Sequence record: OR050627.1
DNA length: 64,000 bases
Direction: 5' to 3' (one strand)
Under the pieces are notes generated by a model. That model did not search any database. It saw only the letters and a list, made by a program, of their open reading frames with translations, and was not told the origin of the DNA. The first letter of the stretch is position 1; each line of letters starts with the position of its first letter. A program made the position numbers and the translations under genes. Shown here piece after piece: positions 10,101 through 18,416 of the stretch.

Positions 10101-10283
10101 ATGAAAAAGACATATTTACTTAAAGGCCATGACAATTTGTACTATTGCTTTGAACACTATAGCTACTGGCATAAACAAAAAGACCAGGCTAAAGTTTTCC
10201 ATTCAATGGAAGACGTAGAAACTACAATAATCGAAAATAACCTTCAAGACGTAGAAATTATAACACTTTATAGCAAGCAATAA
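10101..10283 (+). CDS. Hypothetical early protein
   Basis: 60 aa, A-rich leader, follows promoter 10048-10072. Confidence 0.6.
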   Translation: MKKTYLLKGHDNLYYCFEHYSYWHKQKDQAKVFHSMEDVETTIIENNLQDVEIITLYSKQ

Positions 10284-10287
10284 AATT

Positions 10288-10716
10288 ATGAACATAGCAA
10301 ACATACAAAGGGCAATAGATCACCTTAAGACTATACAGCCAGAACATTTTGATATGACAGCATATCGTGACGTTAGAGATCAGTATGAGCCACAATGCAA
10401 TTCTGTCGGCTGTATAGTTGGTCACTGTACTATACTAGATAATGACAATATTTACGCTAACTTCATTGAACGTAACGACACAATTATGTTCACTGAATGG
10501 TCTTGCAATTTCTTTGGCATTGGGCTACTAAGCAAAACATGGGACTATATGTTCTCTTGTACTTGGGCAGATGCGCCAAAAACTAACACTATCGAACATG
10601 CAATATATCGAATGGAACGTATAATTGCAGGCTACAAACCAGGTCAAATTGATGAAGAGTTTGCGTATGAAACTGGCTATACTGAGCTTGAACCTGGCTA
10701 TACTGACAATGACTAA
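10288..10716 (+). CDS. Hypothetical phage protein (FDM...CNSVGCIVGH family)
   Basis: 142 aa with a Cys/His motif seen in phage hypotheticals. Confidence 0.6.
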   Translation: MNIANIQRAIDHLKTIQPEHFDMTAYRDVRDQYEPQCNSVGCIVGHCTILDNDNIYANFIERNDTIMFTEWSCNFFGIGLLSKTWDYMFSCTWADAPKTNTIEHAIYRMERIIAGYKPGQIDEEFAYETGYTELEPGYTDND

Positions 10717-10744
10717 CTTTTATAAACCAATAAATTTTAAAACA

Positions 10745-11695
10745 ATGACAAACATCAACGCGACCGAAAGACTCATTGCAATTTTTGCAGATGTACACGA
10801 GCGAAACTTAAAAAATGTACAACGAACTTACGCTACATCAGAATATGATGCTAACGGAAGACCTTACAAAAGTAAAATTAACTACGTCTATGCAGTATTA
10901 AGCCAAGACGTTATGACATCTATGCTGGAGGATTCTAAAATTTATGACTATCCAGGATTTGAATTTACTATTCCGGTTACTGACTTAAGCAAGCTGCCTC
11001 AACGAACTGAACATTTTGCAGTTTACGTTTTAGCCGATGGCTCAGTTATTAACATTTACGTAGACTACAACCAAAAGCCTAATCAAATGGTTATGTACTC
11101 TGCAGAACAAGAATATGACTTTGACAGACTTAGAAACGGCAGCAGGTCAAACCCTACACTAGGCAAAGTTTATTCAAAAATGTATCACAAAATAGTAACT
11201 ACAACACCAGTTACTGATTACTTGGGCGTTATGCTTTATAGACATCTTAACAACTTAGAAAACGTGCATACTAAATTTTATATGCTAATTTCTAGCAATG
11301 CTGCAAAGTATTTGAAAGATGAGGCTGACTTAACTGACCAACTAATGCTAACAAAAATTTCGGAAATTAAACACAATAAGTCAAGATTTGGCGTGTTTAA
11401 GCCTAAATACGATGTTAGTGGATATGGTCGTAAATTCGCAAATATTCTCGAAAACCATGCAGAAATTCAACTAATAGAATGTCATGACAAAGAATCTTCT
11501 ATTAACCAAGCGCATGCATATCCTATGGCAGTAGTGCTTACTAAGTACGTTATGCATAACCGATTCGACCAGGAATTAACACATTCGCCTATGAATCCAA
11601 ATGACCATACGCCAAAATCGCTAACATCTGAATTGATTGAGGATATTTTACAGCATTCTATAAAGCAACAAAACAAAGTTTTTTTAAAAAACTGA
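10745..11695 (+). CDS. Hypothetical protein, possibly two degenerate gp23 A-domain-like repeats
   Basis: Likely start ATG 10745 (leader ttttaaaaca). YVYAVLSQDVMTSM...INIYVDYNQKPNQMVM and FYMLISSNAAKYL...RKFANILENHAEIQLIE resemble the gp23 A-domain pattern. Confidence 0.4.
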   Translation: MTNINATERLIAIFADVHERNLKNVQRTYATSEYDANGRPYKSKINYVYAVLSQDVMTSMLEDSKIYDYPGFEFTIPVTDLSKLPQRTEHFAVYVLADGSVINIYVDYNQKPNQMVMYSAEQEYDFDRLRNGSRSNPTLGKVYSKMYHKIVTTTPVTDYLGVMLYRHLNNLENVHTKFYMLISSNAAKYLKDEADLTDQLMLTKISEIKHNKSRFGVFKPKYDVSGYGRKFANILENHAEIQLIECHDKESSINQAHAYPMAVVLTKYVMHNRFDQELTHSPMNPNDHTPKSLTSELIEDILQHSIKQQNKVFLKN

Positions 11696-11741
11696 CTAAA
11701 ATATGCAAAGCAAGTAAAACTTTATGGTTTTATATTTTCAC

Positions 11742-11766
11742 GTTTCAAAAATTTTTCTTATATTTG
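11742..11766 (+). promoter_or_regulatory. Bacteroidota-type early promoter (TATATTTG)
   Basis: TAnnTTTG at 11759-11766 upstream of the truncated MCP paralog. Confidence 0.75.
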
Positions 11767-11793
11767 TAATACAAAATAACACATAACAAAACA

Positions 11794-12528
11794 ATGCAAA
11801 ACAAACCAATCTTAACAAGAGACCAAAAGCTAGCAATCCTAGGAGATAACCCACATAACTGGGACGTAGACAACTTGGAAATTGTACAAGACATTGCAAT
11901 TACTAACGAATTTGTGCATCAGGCTAACGAAGCTAACTACAAAACTTTGCTAGGCTTAGGCTGGACAAACCACTACACAATTAACTTGCTAGACAAAATT
12001 AACATCAACTATTTTATTGCTACTCCGGAAGTTTCAGGAAAACCTTCAAGTGACTTCAAAATTTCAATGAGGAATCACTTTGACCAGGATGTTTCAGAAG
12101 ACTTAGGCACTACACCAAATGCAGAAGCTGGAACTGGCTTAGCTAACCTGTGGACTAGGCAAAACGCTTTAGTTGCACACTTATTTAGAGCGTCAAGCAT
12201 TATGAATACTATGTACGGTAACTTTGGCAAGACAATAATCGTAAACACGCATCTTGCTGCAGCTATAAAAAGTACAAATTTATTCAAGCCTACGCCAATT
12301 GAGGAATTGGTTGAAACTTCTACATCTACTATGCCGTACGTTGCAGGAACAATTACTACTGAAGATGGCAAAATGTCACTGAAAGTTGTTGTTAATCCTC
12401 AGCAACCTTGGGCAGACACTACGGCAATCCTGCATGATGGTGAATTTGACTTTCAGACAATTGACATGGAGGATGGCTTAACTTCAATTTCATTCGCATT
12501 TAACAATGACATTGGCCCATGGGCATAG
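11794..12528 (+). CDS. Truncated major-capsid-protein paralog (A-domain region only)
   Basis: ANLWTRQNAL / IIVNTHLAAAIKS / YVAGTI / NPQQPWADTTAIL / FNNDIGPWA align by eye to MCP ENLWTRQRRV / VVVNSQLMAAIKE / YYAGTI / DPNMKWNDTTAIL / FDNGFGRWA. Confidence 0.85.
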   Translation: MQNKPILTRDQKLAILGDNPHNWDVDNLEIVQDIAITNEFVHQANEANYKTLLGLGWTNHYTINLLDKININYFIATPEVSGKPSSDFKISMRNHFDQDVSEDLGTTPNAEAGTGLANLWTRQNALVAHLFRASSIMNTMYGNFGKTIIVNTHLAAAIKSTNLFKPTPIEELVETSTSTMPYVAGTITTEDGKMSLKVVVNPQQPWADTTAILHDGEFDFQTIDMEDGLTSISFAFNNDIGPWA

Positions 12529-12701
12529 AATTAACATCAGAAGAAAAGAAGGCGTATATCCAGTCAAAAGGCTGGACTACCCTTTGGCATAACAATTACT
12601 GGGTGCATTCAGGAATCATGGCAGGCGCTAATTTAGACTATTGCGGAATAGACTTAGAATCTGCATACAAATGCCAATTAAAACACGAACAACAAAATTA
12701 A
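12519..12701 (+). CDS. Hypothetical protein
   Basis: 60 aa, overlaps the upstream stop by 10 nt. Confidence 0.55.
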   Translation: MGIELTSEEKKAYIQSKGWTTLWHNNYWVHSGIMAGANLDYCGIDLESAYKCQLKHEQQN

Positions 12702-12720
12702 CAAACAAACTTTATACAAC

Positions 12721-13134
12721 ATGAAACAAAGACTTACAAAACTATTAACTTTTACATTCGTACTTATCACATTACTTTCACTACAATCATGCTGGGAATG
12801 GTCCAGGCAACAAAAAATCAAAGACGCAGAGGCTCATGGTATCGCAACTTTGAAAGAATCCGAATCTTCCAAGAAAGCTATGGTTGAACAAGCTAAAGCT
12901 GAAAACCAGGCATCTACACTTAAGGCTGAAGCTATGGTTAAAATTGCAAAAGCTCAAGCAGATGCCGAAATTGAAAGGGCTAAAGGCGTCGCTAAAGCAA
13001 ATGAAATTATCGGCAATTCGCTTAAAGGAAATTCTGAATACTTGAAGTACTTGCAAATTGATGCAATTAAGGAATCTAAAGGCGCCAAGGTTTACATTCC
13101 TACTGAGGCTGGACTTCCAATCATAGAAAAATAG
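12721..13134 (+). CDS. Membrane-anchored SPFH/band-7-tail-like protein
   Basis: N-terminal hydrophobic segment ending LQSC, an AEA-rich coiled coil, and C-terminal YLKYLQI...VYIPTEAGLPI typical of phage band-7-related proteins. Confidence 0.6.
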   Translation: MKQRLTKLLTFTFVLITLLSLQSCWEWSRQQKIKDAEAHGIATLKESESSKKAMVEQAKAENQASTLKAEAMVKIAKAQADAEIERAKGVAKANEIIGNSLKGNSEYLKYLQIDAIKESKGAKVYIPTEAGLPIIEK

Positions 13135-13158
13135 AATACATAAGCAGACTAATATAGC

Positions 13159-13190
13159 AATCCCAAGTGCCTAGTGTACTTGGGATTTTT
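13159..13190 (+). terminator. Intrinsic terminator
   Basis: aatcccaagt/acttgggatt; related element at 59708-59740. Confidence 0.8.
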
Positions 13191-13247
13191 GTGCATCTTA
13201 ACATTGCTTTGCACTAATATATACTTTATCAAACAAATTATTAAACT

Positions 13248-13478
13248 ATGACAACTCAACACGACATAACGATTCAAAACGTTACGGGTTCTGACAGCGG
13301 AGTTTGCGTTGTCACTCTCAAAAACTCAATTGACGAACAAACAAAACTAAGTATAGTAACTAAACCTAGCTATGTTTCAATAGTTCCAGTAATGGGTTCA
13401 AATAAAACTTTAAAACTAATATGGCATGCGGAAACAATTGCCGAACAATACAACGTCAAGCTAAAAATCGAAAGATAA
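13248..13478 (+). CDS. Hypothetical beta-rich protein
   Basis: 76 aa between two terminators. Confidence 0.55.
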   Translation: MTTQHDITIQNVTGSDSGVCVVTLKNSIDEQTKLSIVTKPSYVSIVPVMGSNKTLKLIWHAETIAEQYNVKLKIER

Positions 13479-13622
13479 CTCTGACGTTCTGCTTCTTGCA
13501 ACTTTGTCATGTGTATTTACAAAGGCGCATACTAAATTTAGTAGGCGCCTTTGTTGTGTTAAAAATTAACTTAATTTTATACCTTTGGCAATAACTTTTT
13601 ATTAAAAGTTTAACGTTTTAAA

Positions 13623-13654
13623 TTTTCATATGTCAAATAATTGTTATATATTTG
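13623..13654 (+). promoter_or_regulatory. Early/middle promoter TTTTCATATGTC-N12-TATATTTG
   Basis: Motif family member with fixed spacing. Confidence 0.8.
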
Positions 13655-13674
13655 TAATAACAAATTAAAATAAA

Positions 13675-13932
13675 ATGGCACCAAACAATTCATATTTAAC
13701 GCAAGCAGACATAGAAATTATACAATCTTTTGGTATGATTCGGCAAGATTCTAAGCATTCAGGATATTGGTATTACGAACATAGTTCTGCAGATGTTACA
13801 GTATTAATTCCATATCCTGACCACTTTAAAATAGAATGCTTAATTTATGACATTGACGGCAATGAACAACTATTTCCTACATTGTCAAAGCAAGGACAGA
13901 CATTAAAAGAATTTTTATCTGAAAATATTTAA
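13675..13932 (+). CDS. Hypothetical early protein
   Basis: 85 aa downstream of promoter 13623-13654. Confidence 0.65.
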   Translation: MAPNNSYLTQADIEIIQSFGMIRQDSKHSGYWYYEHSSADVTVLIPYPDHFKIECLIYDIDGNEQLFPTLSKQGQTLKEFLSENI

Positions 13933-14021
13933 AATTTTAACACTTTAAATTTTCTACTTTCAATTATTTTTCTTAAATTTACATTATAATAATTAAACAA
14001 TAACATTTAAAAACAAACATT

Positions 14022-14648
14022 ATGCAGGTAACTGCATTGTCAAACTTAAAATTTTTACATATGAAAAAGCAAATTAGAATTACGGCTATTATGAGAGAAA
14101 CTCTTACAACAAAACAAATTTTAAGCTTAGAAGCTAAACAAGCAAAAATTGCTAAAGCCAACAAGGAGGCTAAAGCAAAACAAAAAATCAAAGAAGCTAA
14201 AGCTGCAGAGAAAGCTGCTAAGGCTGAAGCTAAACGTTCAAAATTTGAACACGTAAAAATGCTTAACTATCCAGGAATGGAGTATATGCCAAATCTTGAT
14301 AACTTGCTAAAAGCTACTGATACTGTCGAGTTCTTTGCAAAGAAAAATCCGACTTCATTTGAAATTTTCAGAATCTGCAATAACAAGAAAACTCATGCTT
14401 TAGTTATTACGCCATCCAGGTTAGAACGTAACCACGTACTTTGCCAAAACTTAAATGGCAATTCAAGACAACAAGTAGTTTTAGAATTTGGCGCACAGGA
14501 TGAAATCCTTGCACTACTTGCAGGACTGCCAATCTACAATGACTACGATATGGACTATAACCACACTCAAAAGGACAAATATTACGTAGCAGGTCAATGT
14601 ATTCAGAACGACATGACTATCTACAGAGCAATATTTGCTTCCATCTAA
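14022..14648 (+). CDS. Hypothetical early protein with Lys/Ala-rich helix
   Basis: 208 aa downstream of promoter 13957-13981. Confidence 0.65.
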   Translation: MQVTALSNLKFLHMKKQIRITAIMRETLTTKQILSLEAKQAKIAKANKEAKAKQKIKEAKAAEKAAKAEAKRSKFEHVKMLNYPGMEYMPNLDNLLKATDTVEFFAKKNPTSFEIFRICNNKKTHALVITPSRLERNHVLCQNLNGNSRQQVVLEFGAQDEILALLAGLPIYNDYDMDYNHTQKDKYYVAGQCIQNDMTIYRAIFASI

Positions 14649-14720
14649 TAACGTTCTCTAATTCTTACAAAGCCTGGTTAAGGCCAGGCTTTTCTAAAAA
14701 TCAAACAAAATCAAAATATC

Positions 14721-15089
14721 ATGTTCACAATAAAATTACTTCAAGAAGCTTCAAAACTACAAAATGCTAACGATCCTAACGAAAGATTAATAGCAGTAGT
14801 ATCACAACTAACCCCGCAACAATATGTTGAGTTGCTTAGCGAAATTGATTTTGACGGCAATTATTCATTTGATGATGCTGGGCAGCTTTGGTTCTATGAT
14901 AAAATTGGTTATTATGACGAACCTAAGGTTAAAGTCGAAGACGCTAAGATTCCTACAAGCATGGTAATGTTTGTAGAACTTACGGATGAGTTACTTACTA
15001 CATTCGTAGAAATTTTGTATAGTTTAATACAAACTTACAATTCAGGCTTCAATCACCCTTCAAGAAGACATTTAAAAATCGCAATTTAA
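14721..15089 (+). CDS. Hypothetical acidic protein
   Basis: 122 aa, A-rich leader. Confidence 0.6.
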   Translation: MFTIKLLQEASKLQNANDPNERLIAVVSQLTPQQYVELLSEIDFDGNYSFDDAGQLWFYDKIGYYDEPKVKVEDAKIPTSMVMFVELTDELLTTFVEILYSLIQTYNSGFNHPSRRHLKIAI

Positions 15090-15096
15090 AAATAGC

Positions 15097-15378
15097 ATGG
15101 CAGAACTTACATTTTCAGAAAAATACAAAGCTTTACTGGCAGAAGCGCAAAACAAACTAAACGTTTGGTGTAATGATAATATAAAGTCTAAAGGCTTAAA
15201 GTCTATAAAGCTTAAGCATGAGTTTATCGACAATGGTGATGTGGATTGGTATAATTATGACGAACTTACGTCAGATGGCGAATTACTATCAACTGAAGAA
15301 AGCTACACGTTATCAGTTGCTTCAGCAACTAACGTATTTGGATTCCTTGAACTTATTGACGAACTTACACAAAACTAA
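15097..15378 (+). CDS. Hypothetical acidic protein
   Basis: 93 aa, in an operon with its neighbours. Confidence 0.6.
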   Translation: MAELTFSEKYKALLAEAQNKLNVWCNDNIKSKGLKSIKLKHEFIDNGDVDWYNYDELTSDGELLSTEESYTLSVASATNVFGFLELIDELTQN

Positions 15379-15384
15379 AATATC

Positions 15385-16299
15385 ATGGCAAAAACATTTG
15401 AACTTATAAAAGATGGTAGCATAAAGCATAACGGCTGTACGCTTTACAAAATCAAAGCTTTGGCGGACATTACAAATCATGGCGTAAAGGCTGGAGATAT
15501 TGGCGGCTGGGTAGAATCTGAAAATAACTTACAAAGCAATGAAGCTTGGATTGGTGATGCTGCTATGGTTTACGGAGATGCTGTAGTTTCAGAAAAGGCG
15601 TTAGTTACTGAATTTGCACAAGTTTCAGGGTTTGCTGAAATTAAAGGTTATGCTAAAGTACAAGGTAACGCTAAAATTTTAGGAAATGCTAGAGTTATGG
15701 GCAATTGTACAATTGAATGCTATGCTACAGTTTGTGGCAACGCATTTGTTGCAGACTTTGCCATAATACGAGGTCGTGCGCAAGTTTCAGGTGAAGTTCA
15801 AGTTAAAGACAATGCTAAAATTTGGGATCATGTAAATGCTTCAGGCAGTGCTATAATTAAAGGTTATGCGCAAGTTTACGGTCAAGCTAAAGTTTATGGC
15901 GGGACCATTGCAGGTAATACTATAGTTTATGATTATGCAAAAATTGGTTCGCGTGCTTATCTTAACAGCGGTATATTTTGCGGTCGAGCAATTATTACTG
16001 ATCATTCAGATTTTGCATTAATTTGCAACATTGGTTCAAGAAAAGGTACTACTATAGCATATAAAAATGATAATATTGCGCAAAATACATCGCAAATTGA
16101 AATTATATGCGGATGTTTTAAGGGTGACTTGCAACAATTTTATAACAGAGTAACTGAACATTACGGCGGACGTAATGCAGGCATAGCTTACAGACGTTAT
16201 TACAAAGAATACATGGCTGCCATACAACTTATTGAAGCTAAATTTACGGTTAAAGTAAAACGTAAAAGTCGACTTTTATCATGGTTATCAAAATCATAA
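15385..16299 (+). CDS. Left-handed beta-helix (hexapeptide-repeat) phage protein
   Basis: N-terminal LYKIKALADI...VKAGDIGGWVESENNL followed by many [AV]-x-V-x-G-x-A hexapeptides; C-terminal IICGCFKGDLQQF. Confidence 0.8.
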   Translation: MAKTFELIKDGSIKHNGCTLYKIKALADITNHGVKAGDIGGWVESENNLQSNEAWIGDAAMVYGDAVVSEKALVTEFAQVSGFAEIKGYAKVQGNAKILGNARVMGNCTIECYATVCGNAFVADFAIIRGRAQVSGEVQVKDNAKIWDHVNASGSAIIKGYAQVYGQAKVYGGTIAGNTIVYDYAKIGSRAYLNSGIFCGRAIITDHSDFALICNIGSRKGTTIAYKNDNIAQNTSQIEIICGCFKGDLQQFYNRVTEHYGGRNAGIAYRRYYKEYMAAIQLIEAKFTVKVKRKSRLLSWLSKS

Positions 16300-16365
16300 A
16301 CTTACTAATTGGAATTTTTGGTCTTAGGATTGAAATAACCAACTGTGAATACGAAAATTTTATTA

Positions 16366-17103
16366 ATGAACAAAGACAAATCGACAATGAACTATAACGA
16401 CATATCAATATCAATTCCTAACATTAAGTCAGGGTGCTATGAAAACCACATAGGCAACAATATTTCACCAAATGCTACCATAGCAGTGCTACTTTACGTT
16501 CTTTACGATCACAAAGTTATTAACAGACAATCGTTACTTGACAGAACAAAGATTTTACGTAACAAACCTAAGGAGCTTAACAGTAACTTGGAGAACTGCG
16601 GAGAACTATACCATTACTACGAAACTCACAAATGCCCAATTACTGGCGAGTGGTACAGTGACACTAGAAATCATCGCATTTTGAATGATGCTATTGACGA
16701 AAAAATAAACTTTCCTTCTGGTGACATCCAAGCACTAAGGATTCCTTATGCTAAAATGGTAGACTTTCTTATGTTAATCTACGGAGTTTCAAAAAGTAAG
16801 GCAAAATATTTGTTCAATAAACTATACATCATTGATGCTTTGGTTGATTTTAGATCACTAGGAAGTCATACAGTTGAATGGTATAAGTCACTTGGCTTTA
16901 CTGACATTGAACCTAAAGATTTTATGCTGCCTAGATACAACGACTTCAAGTTTGCATTTGTTGGAGAAATTGATACAGATGATTTTGAAACTGTGTTTAA
17001 CGAAGAGAAACGTAAAGCATATGCTAGGCTAGAACAACATAAACGTTCAACATTAGGATTGCTAATGCAAACCCATGCAATTAACCTTAAAGCATCATAC
17101 TAA
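16366..17103 (+). CDS. Hypothetical protein
   Basis: ~245 aa; the first ATG at 16366 is preferred over GTG 16345. Confidence 0.6.
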   Translation: MNKDKSTMNYNDISISIPNIKSGCYENHIGNNISPNATIAVLLYVLYDHKVINRQSLLDRTKILRNKPKELNSNLENCGELYHYYETHKCPITGEWYSDTRNHRILNDAIDEKINFPSGDIQALRIPYAKMVDFLMLIYGVSKSKAKYLFNKLYIIDALVDFRSLGSHTVEWYKSLGFTDIEPKDFMLPRYNDFKFAFVGEIDTDDFETVFNEEKRKAYARLEQHKRSTLGLLMQTHAINLKASY

Positions 17104-17104
17104 C

Positions 17105-17398
17105 ATGGACTTAGAACTATTACTTAGCAACATACTAACTAATGCTAGCAAAGCAGAACGTAAAGCCTACGAAACGTTGAACGAAACTAACCAAACGTTT
17201 AGCAACATAGGCACTTTCAAATTAAAGAAATTTGACAAACCATTTACAATAAAAGTGACTAAAGAACGCTGGTCTGGTAAGTTATGCTTCAGAAAGCAAG
17301 ACAAAAATAAGTACAAAGGTTTCACAGTTTCTACAGTACTTACTGATGATGAACTATCAGAAATCTACGGAAAATATTCAGACAATGACATAGCATAA
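17105..17398 (+). CDS. Hypothetical basic protein
   Basis: ATG 17105 lies directly after the upstream stop. Confidence 0.55.
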   Translation: MDLELLLSNILTNASKAERKAYETLNETNQTFSNIGTFKLKKFDKPFTIKVTKERWSGKLCFRKQDKNKYKGFTVSTVLTDDELSEIYGKYSDNDIA

Positions 17399-17400
17399 AC

Positions 17401-17437
17401 AAAAATGCCCAGCTAATTATTTAGCTGGGCATTTTTT
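17401..17437. terminator. Bidirectional terminator between convergent genes
   Basis: aaaaatgcccagctaa/ttagctgggcattttt. Confidence 0.88.
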
Positions 17438-17663
17438 ATTTCTTAGCAGATTCAAGTTTTTCGAGCTGATCAGCTTTAAGCTTCTTGTCTCCTTTTAATT
17501 TCTCCATTATAGCTTTATAAGTGATTGTTCCACCTACAGCAACAGTCGTCATTAGCGCAGTAGCCAAGTATTCAATTTGTTCTGGACTTAATCCTGAAAT
17601 TACGTCAGAAATTGATTCGTTGGCAAAAGATTGTTTAGGTCCTTGTTTTCTAAATGTACTCAT
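17436..17663 (-). CDS. Small putative head protein; the only credible minus-strand gene
   Basis: MSTFRKQGPKQSFANE/SI then a hydrophobic helix. GATAAATA late-like box on the - strand at 17697-17704; bidirectional terminator 17401-17437. Confidence 0.65.
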   Translation of the reverse strand: MSTFRKQGPKQSFANESISDVISGLSPEQIEYLATALMTTVAVGGTITYKAIMEKLKGDKKLKADQLEKLESAKK

Positions 17664-17740
17664 TGTAGTAAAGATTTAAATGTTGTTATGTTGAATTATT
17701 TATCACAACTTGCTAAAAGTTTTTGCAAAAATGTTTTACG

Positions 17741-17765
17741 ATGTCAAATAAAAGTTATATATTTG
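17741..17765 (+). promoter_or_regulatory. Early/middle promoter ATGTC-N12-TATATTTG
   Basis: Motif family member. Confidence 0.8.
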
Positions 17766-17788
17766 TATTATAAAATAAAGATAAAACT

Positions 17789-18061
17789 ATGAACAAACTA
17801 CAAATCTTAACAATAGTCGTATTATTCGGAATGCTATTTAGTGCCCTAGGCTACAAGATTTACAAAGGCAATTTTCAGCCAAAAGAAAACTTTATAATTG
17901 AGTTAACTTACATTGATGGCTACGCGGAAACTAAAACATACAACTTAAACAAAGACTCTGAGTTCTACGTGGAAACATCAAAGGGCAGCTATAGCCTGCT
18001 AACACAATATGCTGTGGTTGCGCCTGGCGTTATACGTTACAAACTTATAAACAATCAATAA
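17789..18061 (+). CDS. Hypothetical membrane-anchored early protein
   Basis: N-terminal TM segment; promoter 17741-17765. Confidence 0.65.
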   Translation: MNKLQILTIVVLFGMLFSALGYKIYKGNFQPKENFIIELTYIDGYAETKTYNLNKDSEFYVETSKGSYSLLTQYAVVAPGVIRYKLINNQ

Positions 18062-18063
18062 TC

Positions 18064-18294
18064 ATGGCAGAAACTAAACTTACTACAATTAACTATTGCA
18101 TTGACGACGTAACAGTTAAATTAGCATCAACTGCAGAAGACATCATAATTCCTAGCAAAAACTATTTTGTTATATTTTCAACTTATGCTGATGGTGAAAT
18201 TCGTATAAACAGTGCATATTATAACGGCCAACAAATTATGAAATGTACAATTCCTGCAAAATATATTCGTGAAAAACTTTTTGAAAATAAGTAA
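18064..18294 (+). CDS. Hypothetical protein
   Basis: 76 aa, coupled to the upstream gene. Confidence 0.55.
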   Translation: MAETKLTTINYCIDDVTVKLASTAEDIIIPSKNYFVIFSTYADGEIRINSAYYNGQQIMKCTIPAKYIREKLFENK

Positions 18295-18416
18295 CAAAAC
18301 ATTTTTTACTTTCAATTATTTTTCTTATATTTGTATTATAAAATTAATCAAATTAATAATTAACATTTATTATGCACTAAGGTGCAATTTACAAAAAACA
18401 AACAAAATCAAACAAA

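Noticed and set aside
11678-11695. -1 frameshift at TTTTTTA / AAAAAAC before a TGA
   Set aside because: The shifted frames give an immediate stop or a short extension running through the next promoter; homopolymers are common in this AT-rich DNA.
13248-13478. Immunoglobulin domain (IQNVTGSDSGVC)
   Set aside because: The resemblance to the Ig DSG-x-Y-x-C motif is partial, falls at the N-terminus rather than in the E-F strands, and the protein is short.
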